Positions 23,037 through 32,827 of a stretch of 64,000 nt of DNA are shown here, piece by piece. A model generated the notes under the pieces. That model was not told where the DNA came from. It did no database searches and saw only the letters and a program-made list of their open reading frames with translations. Both the position numbers and the translations under genes were made by a program. Each line of letters starts with the position of its first letter. Position 1 is the stretch's first letter. Origin of the DNA: an uncultured Chloroflexia bacterium (GTDB lineage Bacteria > Chloroflexota > Limnocylindria > QHBO01); NCBI GenBank assembly GCA_963827475.1, contig CAWHAZ010000005.1, forward strand, positions 384,001 to 448,000. The letters run 5' to 3'.

Positions 23037-24075
23037 TCAGGCCCGGGCGCCCGCCGGGGCCGCTCCGAGCACGAACTCTCCGAGCCATGCCGCGAGCGCG
23101 GCCTCCGGCTCCGCTGACTGGGTCTTGATCGCCAGGTCCGCCTCGAACAGCCCGCTCAGCATCGCTTCCAGCTCCGACCCGCTGTAGCGCTTCGCCGCGG
23201 TCGCGATCCTCCCGACGGCCGTCGGGTTGCCCGGGCGCAGCCGTTTCGTCATCTCGGCGGGGGTCGCTCCCTGGCCCAGCAGGTCGCGGGCCACGATGAG
23301 GTCCGCCACCCGCGACTCGAGAGCGGCCATGATCTTCAGCACCGGCTCGCCCTCGTCGAACGCACGTTGCAGTGCCTCGGCCGCCCGTCGCCCGTCCCGC
23401 CGCTCCACCGCGTTGGCCACGGCATTGACCGATGGCGGCCGGACGTCGGCCACCAGCGCCTCGACGTCCGCGACGTCGATCGGCCGGTCCTCGACCGCAA
23501 TGGAGAGCTTGCTGCAGCTCCGCATCGGCGACCCGCGTCTGCTCGCTGCGCTCGACGTCGTTCTCCCACACGCCGCCGATGCGCTCGGCGAGTGCGGCCG
23601 CCGCCGTGGGACGGATGTCGATGCCCAGCTCCACCGCGTGGCGGGATACCCAGCCCCGCAGCTCGTCGCGGCGCGGCGCCGGGCAGGCGACCACCTGGCC
23701 GTCGGCGGCGCGGACTGCCGCCTCGAGCCGGCCGAGCAGCGCCGGGGGCCGCCCGGCGTCCCGCGACGGCCGGAGTTCGGCGAGAGCGAGCGCCGCACCG
23801 TCGGGGAGCGCCTCGACCATGCCCAGCAGTCGGTCCGCCGCCGCGCTGGACGTTCCGGCGGCCCGCAACGGCTGGCGGATGACGACGCAATGCGTCCCGA
23901 ACATCCCGACCGTCGCGGCCTCGAGCCGCGCCCGTTCGAGAAGCGGCTCATCCGGTGTTCGCTCCGGAGTGAGCACCACGGTCCCGGTCGCACCGGCTTG
24001 ATCGGCGAAGGCGGCGACGGCTCGGTCGATCTGGTACGCGTCGTCGCCGTGGGCCAGCAGGACCTTTCCGCTCAC
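23037..24075 (-). CDS. holA: DNA polymerase III delta subunit (frameshift near 23510)
   Basis: LLAHGDDAY N-terminus, C-terminal LFEADLAIKT; canonical position after comEC. Confidence 0.85.
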
Positions 24076-24084
24076 CGGCCGATC

Positions 24085-26583
24085 CTATCGCGCCGGCAGC
24101 GGACCGACGTCGCCGCGACCGCCGTGGACCCAGAACGACGCGCCATCGGTCACGACCTCGACATTGCCGTCGAGGTCGGTGCGGAAGATGCGCAGACCGG
24201 AGACCTGGGCGAGGGCGTCGAGGGTGGACCGATGCGGATGGCCGTAGCTGTTGTCCGCGCCGGCCGAGATGATGGCGACCCGCGGCCGGGTGGCTGCCAC
24301 GAAAGCCGGAGTCGTGCCCGAGTCCGACCCGTGGTGGGCGACCTTGAGCACCTCCACCGGCCCGAGCTCGCCTCTGCCCTCGAGGAGCGCCTCGACCGGG
24401 GCCTCCGCGTCGCCGGTCAGGAGGGCCTCGAACGTGCCGTACCGGACCAGCAGCACGATCGACCCGTTGTTCACGTCGCCTTCCGGGAGGGGACCGTCCA
24501 CGTCGAGCGCGTCCGGGAACAGGATCTCGAGCGTGACCTCGCCGACCCGGATCCGCTGCCCTGCCGTCGCGGCCACGACCCTCGCACCCGGCTCGCGTTC
24601 GGCCGCCGCCATGAGGGCGCGGTGGGGGTCGGTTTCGATGAGGCGGCCGCCGTCCACGAACAGCGCGACGTCGTGCCGGCGCAGCACCTCGCCGAGCCCG
24701 CCGAGGTGGTCCTGGTGCGGGTGGGTCAGGACCACGACGTCGATCCGGCGCCGGTGGAAGGGCAACGACTGGCCGAGCCGCCGGAGCGTGAGGTCGGGGT
24801 CGGGCCCGGCATCCACCAGCGCGGTAGCGCCACCCGGTGCCTCGATGAGGATCGCGTCGCCCTGACCGATGTCGAGCACGGTGAGGTGGAGGCGGCCGTC
24901 CGAGCCGCTCATGGCGGTGGCCAGGACCACGGCCAGTACCACGCCGAGGGCCACGCGCCGTGGCCGGGCGGCCCAGGCCAGGGCCGGCGCGAACGCCGCC
25001 ACCTCGGGCAGAGCGTGCCGCGAGGAGCCATCGGCTGGCTCCAAGGGCACGAGGTCGGGCGGGCCGGGCTCCGGTCGGCCGTTCAGGCGGTGGACGACCA
25101 GGGCCAGGCCCGGATACCACGTCGCGGTGAACCACGGCGCGCCGGCGAGCGGGATGGCGGCCAGGGGCAGCGCCGCGGCGGCGGTCCCGGTCGCGATGAG
25201 CCCGCGCAGCGGCAGCCACGCCGCGCCACCGGCGAGCCAGGTGCCCGCGTCCGAAGCCAGCGGTGCCGGGACGGCAGCCGCGAGCCCGCCGATCACCGAG
25301 GCCGCCGCCGCGCCGGCCATGACCGCCGGGATGAGCGGGACGACGATGACGTTCGCCAGCGGCGCCACCAACGAGACCTGCTCGAACGTGGCCAGCAGAA
25401 CGGGGAGCGTCGCCGCCTGGGCGGCCACGGTCAGCGCCACAGGCGTTCGGATCCAGGCCGGCCAACGGCCGAGCCGCGCCTCGAGGGGAGCGGCGAGGAG
25501 AATCAGCCCGCCGGTGGCCAGGGCCGACAGCTGGAAGCCGACATCCCACAACGCGCCGGGGTTCACGAGCACCATGACCAGAACCGCTCCCATCAGCGCC
25601 GAGGCGGCATGGGCCGGCGACCCGCCCAGGCGCGCGAAGAGCAGCGCCACGGCCATGAGCGCGGCCCGCACGACCGCCGGCGAGGCGCCGACCAGCGCGA
25701 CGTACGCGACCACCGCCATGACCGCCACCACGCCCGGCACGTGCGGGCCGAACCGCGCCCGCAGCCGGTGGGTGGCCGCCGCGATGAGCGCGACCACGAT
25801 CGCGACGTTCCATCCGCTGATCGCGACCACGTGCGACAGGCCGGCCACCGCGAACGCGTCCCGGATGGCCGGGTCCATCCCGGCCCGCACCCCGAGCAGG
25901 ATCCCCGCACCCAGCGAGGCCTCGGGCTCCGGAACGGTGCGCACCAGCCCGTCGAGCAGCCAGCGCCGAACGCTCGCCGGGGCCTCGAGCATCGGATTGG
26001 ACCGATGCCCGATGACCTGCAGCTCCCACGCGCTGCCCAGCGCGCCGATCCCCTGGCGCCGTAGTCGCTCCCGATAGGCAGCCTCTTCGAGATCGGCGGC
26101 GTCCGCGGCGCGCAGCGTGACCTCCAGCGCGACCTGGTCCCCGGCCTGCACCGCGAACGCCCGCGGAACGCGGACGAGCAGCCGCCCCGGCCTCGGGCCG
26201 TCACCCAGGCTGGGATCCCGCAGCTCGAGGTCCTCCAGGACCAGGTCGTGGGCCGTGCCACGGGGCGTCGGCTCGTCGACGACCACCCCGATCAGGCGCA
26301 GGGGCGTGTCGGTCGGGAGCGTCTCCACGCCCGCGCGTCCGGCGGTCGGCGCGGCCACGGACCATCGGAGGCCACCCGCGACGATCCCGACCAGCAGGGC
26401 GATGCCGATCACCGGCGCCACCCGCATGCCGCCCGGGCGGACCGCGGCCAGCACCGCGGCGAGGGCGGCCCCAGTGCCCACCGCCAGCGCAGCCGCCGGC
26501 CACCAGCCCGCGTCGGCGGTGGCGATGCCGACCAGCGTCCCGGCCAGGACCCCCGGCAGGCCCCACGCCCCCACCTGGATCAT
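24085..26583 (-). CDS. comEC: Competence protein ComEC/Rec2
   Basis: GLSHVVAISGWN, DVGFQLS, LDIGQGDA, THPHQDH, LKVAHHGS, YGHPH. Confidence 0.95.
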   Translation of the reverse strand: MIQVGAWGLPGVLAGTLVGIATADAGWWPAAALAVGTGAALAAVLAAVRPGGMRVAPVIGIALLVGIVAGGLRWSVAAPTAGRAGVETLPTDTPLRLIGVVVDEPTPRGTAHDLVLEDLELRDPSLGDGPRPGRLLVRVPRAFAVQAGDQVALEVTLRAADAADLEEAAYRERLRRQGIGALGSAWELQVIGHRSNPMLEAPASVRRWLLDGLVRTVPEPEASLGAGILLGVRAGMDPAIRDAFAVAGLSHVVAISGWNVAIVVALIAAATHRLRARFGPHVPGVVAVMAVVAYVALVGASPAVVRAALMAVALLFARLGGSPAHAASALMGAVLVMVLVNPGALWDVGFQLSALATGGLILLAAPLEARLGRWPAWIRTPVALTVAAQAATLPVLLATFEQVSLVAPLANVIVVPLIPAVMAGAAAASVIGGLAAAVPAPLASDAGTWLAGGAAWLPLRGLIATGTAAAALPLAAIPLAGAPWFTATWYPGLALVVHRLNGRPEPGPPDLVPLEPADGSSRHALPEVAAFAPALAWAARPRRVALGVVLAVVLATAMSGSDGRLHLTVLDIGQGDAILIEAPGGATALVDAGPDPDLTLRRLGQSLPFHRRRIDVVVLTHPHQDHLGGLGEVLRRHDVALFVDGGRLIETDPHRALMAAAEREPGARVVAATAGQRIRVGEVTLEILFPDALDVDGPLPEGDVNNGSIVLLVRYGTFEALLTGDAEAPVEALLEGRGELGPVEVLKVAHHGSDSGTTPAFVAATRPRVAIISAGADNSYGHPHRSTLDALAQVSGLRIFRTDLDGNVEVVTDGASFWVHGGRGDVGPLPAR

Positions 26584-26593
26584 CGGCAGCGGG

Positions 26594-27190
26594 CTACGGG
26601 ACGGTCACCAGGTCGGCGATCTGCTCCAGCTGACGGGCCGTCAGGACGTCGCGCGTGACCAGCTCCTCGAGGGTCGCGAACGGTTGCTCCTCGCGGGCCG
26701 AGATGATCCGCTCGGCCGTCACCGGACCGATGCCCGGCAGCTCCTCCAGCTCGGCCTGCGTGGCGCGGTTCAGGTTCAGGAGACCGCCGCTGCCACCGTC
26801 TCCTCCCTCCCCGCCGGCCCCGGCGCCGATCACCGGGACCAGGATCTGTTGCCCATCGACGACCTCCGCGGCGAGGTTCAGGCTCTGCGCCGCAGCGGCC
26901 AGGTCGGCTGATTCCGCGTAGCCGCCCGCGGCCGCCAGCGCATCGGCGACCCGCGACCCCGCGGGCAGGTGATGGATGCCGGGCTCGTTGACCCCGCCCT
27001 CGACGTCCACGACCAGCTCGCCGCCAGTCTCCGCATCTCCGGGCTGGCTGGCGCTGGCCCATGGATCGGCCGGGAGCGGCGGCGCCCCCGCCACCGGGAC
27101 GACGCTCAGCAGGAGGGCGAGGCTGGCCGCCGCGGCCAGGACGGCGGCCACGGCGACCGCAGCCACGGTGACGAGGTCGAATCTGCTCAT
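26594..27190 (-). CDS. comEA: Competence DNA receptor ComEA
   Basis: SLBB part VVDVEGGVNEPG, HhH part LNLNRATQAELEELPGIGPVTAERII. Confidence 0.93.
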   Translation of the reverse strand: MSRFDLVTVAAVAVAAVLAAAASLALLLSVVPVAGAPPLPADPWASASQPGDAETGGELVVDVEGGVNEPGIHHLPAGSRVADALAAAGGYAESADLAAAAQSLNLAAEVVDGQQILVPVIGAGAGGEGGDGGSGGLLNLNRATQAELEELPGIGPVTAERIISAREEQPFATLEELVTRDVLTARQLEQIADLVTVP

Positions 27191-27281
27191 GCGCTCCTCG
27201 ACGGAGGCGAGCGAGGCGATCGGCCTGCGTCCGAAACCCGACGCCCGGGCACTCGACGCCGGGCCTCGGAAGCAGGACCGC

Positions 27282-27320
27282 AGGCTAGGGCCCGGTGGTT
27301 ACCTTCCGGTTACCACCCGC
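27282..27320 (-). promoter_or_regulatory. comEA promoter: GGTAACC-N4-GGTAACC direct repeat nine nt upstream of a TAGCCT -10
   Basis: Minus strand reads GCGGGT GGTAACC GGAA GGTAACC ACCGGGCCC TAGCCT; the same layout recurs at 59615-59656. Confidence 0.6.
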
Positions 27321-27334
27321 TATCCGATTGGGAT

Positions 27335-29929
27335 TCAGCTGGTCTTGGTGACGACGTTCACCAGTCGCCCGGGAATGTGGACGACGCGGGCCGGCGCCCG
27401 GCCGTCCAGGTAGGCCTGCACGCGCTCTGAGGCGAGCGCCAGGCGCTCGATCTCCTCCTCCGTCGTGTCCGGCGGTACCAGCAGCCGGTCCCGCAGCTTG
27501 CCGTCGACCTGGACGGGCAGCTCGATGAGGTCCTCCACGGCCAGCGCGCGATCTGCCGCCGGCCACGCCTGCTGGTGCACCGAATACGGGTGACCCCGAC
27601 GCTCCCACAGTTCCTCGGTGATGTGCGGAGCGGCCGGGGCGAGCAGGAGGAGGAGCGTGTCCACGGCCTCGTCGACGACCTCGCCAGACACCCCCCGGCT
27701 GAGCGCATCGGCGATCGCGTTCGACAGCTCCATGAGCTTCGACAGCGCGGTGTTGAAGTGCAGCTCCCCGTAGTCCGCGGTGACCGCCGCGATGGTCTGG
27801 TGGGTCGCTCGCCGTAGGGCGCGGTCGCCGGCGCTGATCGCGGCCAAGAGCTCGTCCGCCGATGTCCCGCCGCTGCCGGGGATCTCTCCGGCGATGCTGC
27901 GCGGCGGCATCCCGGGCACGGACGCATCGGGCAGCTCCGCGCCCGCCACACCGGGAGCGGATGGTTGGGCCAGGTTCCAGACCCGCGCCAGGAAGCGGGA
28001 GATGCCCTCGATGCCAGTCGGGGACCAGGGACCGCCCTGGTCCCAGGGACCGATGAACAGCAGGAACAGGCGGACCGTGTCGGCCCCGTAGCGCTCGACG
28101 AGGTCGTCGGGGTTCACGACGTTGCCGCGGCTCTTGCTCATCCGCTGGTGATCGGCGCCGAGGATCTGGCCCTGGTTGCGCAACGCGGTGAACGGCTCGT
28201 TGAATGACAGGTGGCCCATGTCCCGCAGCGCCTTTACGAAGAAGCGGCTGTACAGCAGGTGAAGCACCGCATGCTCGGCGCCGCCGGTATACAGGTTCAC
28301 CGGCATCCAGTGCCGCATCGCCTCGGGGTCCCAGGCCGCCCGATCGTCGTGGGGCGAGGTGTAACGGAGGTAGTACCAGCTCGAGTCGACAAAGGTGTCC
28401 ATCGTGTCCGTCTCGCGTCGAGCGGGCTCGCCGCCGACCGGGCAGGTGGCCGCCAAGAAGCCGGCGTGCGACTGGAGCGGCGAGACGCCGGTCGGGGCGA
28501 AGTCGACGTCACGGGGCAGGAGGACCGGCAGCTCGGACTCCGGGACCGGCTGGGCGCCGTGGACGTCGCAGTACACGATCGGGATCGGCGCGCCCCAGTA
28601 GCGCTGGCGCGAGACGAGCCAGTCCCGGATCTTGTAGGTCACCGCCGGCCCGCCGAGATCGCGCTCGGCGAGATGGGCGGTGATGGCCGCGATGCCCTCC
28701 GCCGCGCTCATGCCGGTGAACTCGCCCGAGTTGACGAGCACCTCGTCCTCGGTGTGGGCGGTGAATGCCGCGTCGACCGACGGCTCCTCGCCGCGAGGCG
28801 CCACCACCACTTCGATCGGCAAGTCGTAGCGGCGAGCGAAATCGTAGTCCCGGGCATCGTGCGCCGGCACCCCCATGATCGCGCCCGTGCCGTAGCCGGG
28901 CAGGACGTAGTCGGCGATCCAGACCGGGACTGGCTCATCGGTCAGCGGGTTCACCGCGTACGCACCGATGAAGACGCCGGAGCGCTCACGCTCAGTCGAC
29001 AGCCGATCGATCTCCGTCTCGCGCCGGGCAGCGGCCACGTAGGCCTCGACCTCCGCCCGCCGGTCATCGGTCGTCAGCCGCGGCACCAGGGCGTGCTCCG
29101 GGGCGAGCACCATGAACGTGGCCCCGAAGATCGTGTCCGGGCGGGTGGTGAACACCCGGATCGGTTCCATGCCCTCGGCATCGGCTTCCGCGGCGGATCC
29201 GATGGGTGCCACGGGGAAGTCGATCTCCGCTCCCTCGGATCGGCCGATCCAGTTCGTCTGCATGAGGAGGATCGGCTCCGGCCAGTCCATGCCGGTGAAG
29301 TCGAGCAGCTCGTCGGCGTACTTCGTGATCCGGAAGAACCACTGCTCGAGGTCGCGCTTGATGACCGGCGTGTCACAGCGCCAGCAGCGACGCTCCGTGC
29401 CGAGCACCTGCTCCCGGGCGAGCACGACCTGGTCCTTCGGGCACCAGTCGACCGCGGCCATGGCCTTGTACGCGAGCCCGGCCTTGTAGAACTGCAGGAA
29501 GAGCCACTGCGTCCAGCGGTAAAAGGCCGGATCGGAGGCGATGACCTCGCGCGACCAGTCCCACGATGCGCCCATCGTTCGGAACTGGGCGCGCATCCGG
29601 TCGATGTTGGCGTTCGTCCAGTCCGCCGGATGGATACCGCGGTCGATGGCCGCGTTCTCGGCCGGCAGCCCGAACGAGTCGAAGCCCATCGGCAGCATGA
29701 CCTGCTCGCCCCGCATCCGATGCATGCGTGCCACGACGTCCGGCCCCACGGACGCATACCAGTGACCGATGTGCACGTCCCCGCTGGTGTACGGGTACAT
29801 CGTCAGCAGGAAAAACGGGCCGCTCGCGTCGTCGTGGGCGCGGTACAGCTCGTCGCGCTCCCAGCGCTCGCGCCACCTGGCCTCGTACGAGGATGGATCG
29901 AGGCGCTCGGGCCGTGCGGCATCGGTCAT
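27335..29929 (-). CDS. leuS: Leucine--tRNA ligase
   Basis: MYPYTSGDVHIGH, FTTRPDT editing domain, RETDTMDTF, RMSKS. Confidence 0.97.
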   Translation of the reverse strand: MTDAARPERLDPSSYEARWRERWERDELYRAHDDASGPFFLLTMYPYTSGDVHIGHWYASVGPDVVARMHRMRGEQVMLPMGFDSFGLPAENAAIDRGIHPADWTNANIDRMRAQFRTMGASWDWSREVIASDPAFYRWTQWLFLQFYKAGLAYKAMAAVDWCPKDQVVLAREQVLGTERRCWRCDTPVIKRDLEQWFFRITKYADELLDFTGMDWPEPILLMQTNWIGRSEGAEIDFPVAPIGSAAEADAEGMEPIRVFTTRPDTIFGATFMVLAPEHALVPRLTTDDRRAEVEAYVAAARRETEIDRLSTERERSGVFIGAYAVNPLTDEPVPVWIADYVLPGYGTGAIMGVPAHDARDYDFARRYDLPIEVVVAPRGEEPSVDAAFTAHTEDEVLVNSGEFTGMSAAEGIAAITAHLAERDLGGPAVTYKIRDWLVSRQRYWGAPIPIVYCDVHGAQPVPESELPVLLPRDVDFAPTGVSPLQSHAGFLAATCPVGGEPARRETDTMDTFVDSSWYYLRYTSPHDDRAAWDPEAMRHWMPVNLYTGGAEHAVLHLLYSRFFVKALRDMGHLSFNEPFTALRNQGQILGADHQRMSKSRGNVVNPDDLVERYGADTVRLFLLFIGPWDQGGPWSPTGIEGISRFLARVWNLAQPSAPGVAGAELPDASVPGMPPRSIAGEIPGSGGTSADELLAAISAGDRALRRATHQTIAAVTADYGELHFNTALSKLMELSNAIADALSRGVSGEVVDEAVDTLLLLLAPAAPHITEELWERRGHPYSVHQQAWPAADRALAVEDLIELPVQVDGKLRDRLLVPPDTTEEEIERLALASERVQAYLDGRAPARVVHIPGRLVNVVTKTS

Positions 29930-30519
29930 GGCGTGCCCTCCCCGGCGCGCCATCGGTCGGCCGCGCCGCTCTCCGGGAACCATGCCATGAGCAGCTCGTC
30001 GCGGTACGTGCCGTCAGCCTGGCGGAACTGGCGCCGGCGCAGTCCCTCGCGGACGAAGCCGGCCCGCGTGTACACCGCGATCGCCCGCGCATTGTCGGGG
30101 AACACGCTGAGCGCCAGGCGGGTCATGCCCCGCTCGCGCACCCAGTCCTGGGCGGTGGCCACCAGGGCAGTGCCCAGGCCGACGTCCCGCCAGCCGCCGG
30201 CCACGGTCACCGACAGCACGCCGACGTGGCGCGAGCTGACATCCCGGTCCGACATCACCAGGGCGTTGCCCACGACCTCGCCGCCGGCGTCGGCGACCAC
30301 CACGGCGGACTCGTCGGCCCGGATCAGCTCCGCGATGAAGAACGCCTCGGACGGCGGGCTCACCGCCGTGGCCGGCGTCACCAGCCAGCGCCCCTCGGCG
30401 CGGACCGCCGCGTACAGGTTCGCCAGGGGCTCGGCATCGGCCGGGCGAGCGTGGCGCAGCACCCATGGACGGCCGTCGGCCGCAATGCGCTCCGAGATGA
30501 AGGTGCTGGTCGTGGTCAC
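29926..30519 (-). CDS. GNAT acetyltransferase, first gene of the leuS operon
   Basis: GxGTAL CoA motif, NARAIAVYTRAGFVREG, DELLMA; GGAG RBS before the GTG; ATGA overlap with leuS. Confidence 0.85.
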   Translation of the reverse strand: MTTTSTFISERIAADGRPWVLRHARPADAEPLANLYAAVRAEGRWLVTPATAVSPPSEAFFIAELIRADESAVVVADAGGEVVGNALVMSDRDVSSRHVGVLSVTVAGGWRDVGLGTALVATAQDWVRERGMTRLALSVFPDNARAIAVYTRAGFVREGLRRRQFRQADGTYRDELLMAWFPESGAADRWRAGEGTP

Positions 30520-30547
30520 CGCCGTGGCTCCGTCGATATCGGTCCCG

Positions 30548-30587
30548 AGAAACAACGCGACCCCGCTTCGTCAGGACGAAGGGGGTC
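30548..30587 (-). terminator. T-box intrinsic terminator
   Basis: GACCCCCTTCGTC-CT-GACGAAGCGGGGTC hairpin followed by GCGTTGTTTCT. Confidence 0.8.
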
Positions 30588-30620
30588 AGCCTCGCGGTAC
30601 CACCTGAGCTTGACCGATGG

Positions 30621-30696
30621 TGGTGGAGCTGGGGGGACTCGAACCCCCGACCCCCTGCATGCCATGCAGGTGCTCTCCCAGCTGAGCTACAACCCC
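30621..30696 (-). tRNA. tRNA-Ala(GGC)
   Basis: 76 nt cloverleaf GGGGTTGTAGCTCAGCTGGGAGAGCACCTGCATGGCATGCAGGGGGTCGGGGGTTCGAGTCCCCCCAGCTCCACCA; G3:U70, encoded CCA. Confidence 0.97.
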
Positions 30697-30860
30697 ACGG
30701 TCGGTCCACTCGTCGGCGCGATATCGGACGCCATCCGGCCGGCTCTCACCAGCTGCTCGACGGGCGAGTTCCGCGCTTCGTCGCCACCGGCTTCCACCGT
30801 CCCGGCTCGCTGCGGGCGACGTGGGCGCCTACTGCTCCCGCGTCAACGCGTTCGTGGCCG

Positions 30861-30890
30861 AGTATAGCGAAGGGTGTCGCGCCCTCTCAA
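30861..30890 (-). promoter_or_regulatory. Housekeeping sigma promoter for the T-box/tRNA/GNAT/leuS transcript
   Basis: TTGAGA-N18-TATACT just upstream of T-box Stem I. Confidence 0.75.
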
Positions 30891-30916
30891 TCGGTGCCGA
30901 TGGCGCGCCGTCCGCT

Positions 30917-31701
30917 TCAGACGGCCGGCGCCTCGGGCTCCGCTTCGTCCTTCGCCCCGGCTGCCGGGCCAGCCAGGCGGCCCACAGCGGAACCAGGATG
31001 CCCGCGAAGACGATGGTGATGACCTGCGACAGCAGGAAGAAGTCGAACTCGGTGCCCGCCTCGATGAGCAGCGGGACGGCCACGTGGTCCCAGACGACGC
31101 TGATCAACCCGAGCACGGCAACGACCCGCGCGAAGACCGCCAGGCCGGCGGGAACCCAGCCCGCCGCGCCGGCGAGCCCGGCGAAGGCCAGCAGACCGAT
31201 GGCGAACATGACCACGACTCCGCCGTTCAGCCAGAACACGATTCCCTCGACGACGAACCGGATCATCTCCCGGCTCACGAGCTCCTCGGCGAGGAACCCG
31301 CAGTCGCAGTACTCGGGGTTGGTGGCGGCCTCGATGGCGCCGAGGTAGATCAGATTCGACGCGACCCCAAGGGTGCCGGCCACGATGAAACCGACGGCCA
31401 TGAGGCCGCTTCGGGCGTCTTCACGATTCATCGCCTGGCTGAGGACGAGACCAAGGACCGCAATCCCCGCAAACGCGATCGCGAACAGAAGCGACGACGA
31501 GAGGTCTTCGAGCCAATGCTCCTGGGCGTGTTCGAAACCGGCCAGGATGACGTCGACGCCCGTGAGATTGGGATCAAAGGGGGGCTCCGGCACGAAGACG
31601 TGGAAAATCTTCAGCCCGTAGATGACGGCCGCGAGCAGCAACGCGACGGCGATCAACCAGCCAAGTCGGGATGTATGGGTGCGCCAGGCGGAATCAGGCA
31701 T
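30917..31701 (-). CDS. Multi-pass membrane protein, unknown function
   Basis: About 6 TM helices, YCDC motif. The true stop is probably TGA at 30917 after an indel, because the tracked ORF otherwise runs into the T-box promoter. Confidence 0.6.
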
Positions 31702-31787
31702 CAAGCGGGTCTCTCCTCTGGTCGGTTCGAGCGCAGCATGATCGGTCCTCGCGCGGGCCGTTGCCGGTCGTTTTGGCGCGCCCTTGC

Positions 31788-32757
31788 TCAGAGGAGCGTT
31801 CGGAGGCCGGCCTCCAGCTCGCGCGGGGCGTAGCCCAGCTCGCGCTTCGCCTTCTCGCTCGACGCCCAGTACGTCACGCCGACGGACGCTCGGATGGTCT
31901 CGCCAATATTGGGGTCGCCCCCGAGCACAGGTCCGATGAGCGCGCCGAGGGGAGCGAGCCCGCGGAGCAGCCAGGAAGGCGTCGAGACCTTGGGCGGCTC
32001 CGTGCCGGCGAGCGCCGCCGCTCGGCGAACCACCTCCCCGAGCGTGGTGATCTCCCCACCGAGCGCGTACGCCTCGCCGATCGTGCCGCGGTCGTGGACG
32101 AGGAGGATGCCGGCGGCCACGTCATCCACGTGGACCAGGGATACACCGAGGTCGGCAGCGTTCAGCACGGTCAAGGTGCCATCGATCGCCTGCTTCACGA
32201 CGCCACCGAGTTCCGAGTGATCGCCAGGCCCGTAGTTCTGTCCCGGCATCGCGATGAGGACTGGCGCACCGGCCGCGATCCGCTCCTCCGCCGCCAGGTG
32301 GGCCAGGTACTTCGTCTCGTCGTAGTACGACAGAAAAGCCGGGGGTTGCGGCCGGCGATAGCCCTCGTCCACGACCCTGCCACTGGTGTTCCCAAACACG
32401 TTGATCGTGGACACGTGCACGATTCGTGGCACCGCAGCGTTGATGGCGGCATCCAGCACGGTTCGGGTGGCCACCACGTTGGCGGTGAACATCGCCACGT
32501 GCTCCGACTCGGGAATCCCAACCCGGTAGCTGCCGGCGAGGTGGAACACCGCATCCGCGCCGGTGAGCGATCTCCGCCAGGCGCTCGACCGTGACCGAAC
32601 CGAGATCGGCCTCGACCAGCTGGCACCCGAGCGCGGCCAGGGCAGCGGCCCGCTCCTGGTCGCGGACGATGGCCACCAACTCGTCGTCTCGCTCCCGGAG
32701 CGTGCGGACGAGTGCCTGACCGATGAAGCCGGCCCCGCCGGTGACAACCGCCCTCAT
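31788..32757 (-). CDS. NAD-dependent epimerase/dehydratase (extended SDR), frameshift near 32565
   Basis: VTGGAGFIG, FHLAG, YDETK, VHVDDVA, KAKRELG. Confidence 0.85.
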
Positions 32758-32827
32758 GCGGCCATGATGACGGGACAGGACCTTCTGGGTATCGGGCAGG
32801 AATGCGGCGAGCGGCTATGCTCCGCCG

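Larger units (their letters stand above)
30548..30855 (-). ncRNA. T-box riboswitch leader, Leu specifier (CUC), with a nested tRNA
   Basis: Stem I with AGUA/GAA loop E, AGCGA box, GGUGGAA loop and specifier GAA-CUC (CUC at 30766-30768); Stem II and IIA/B; T-box AGGUGGUACCGCG (30593-30605); lies upstream of leuS. Confidence 0.93.
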
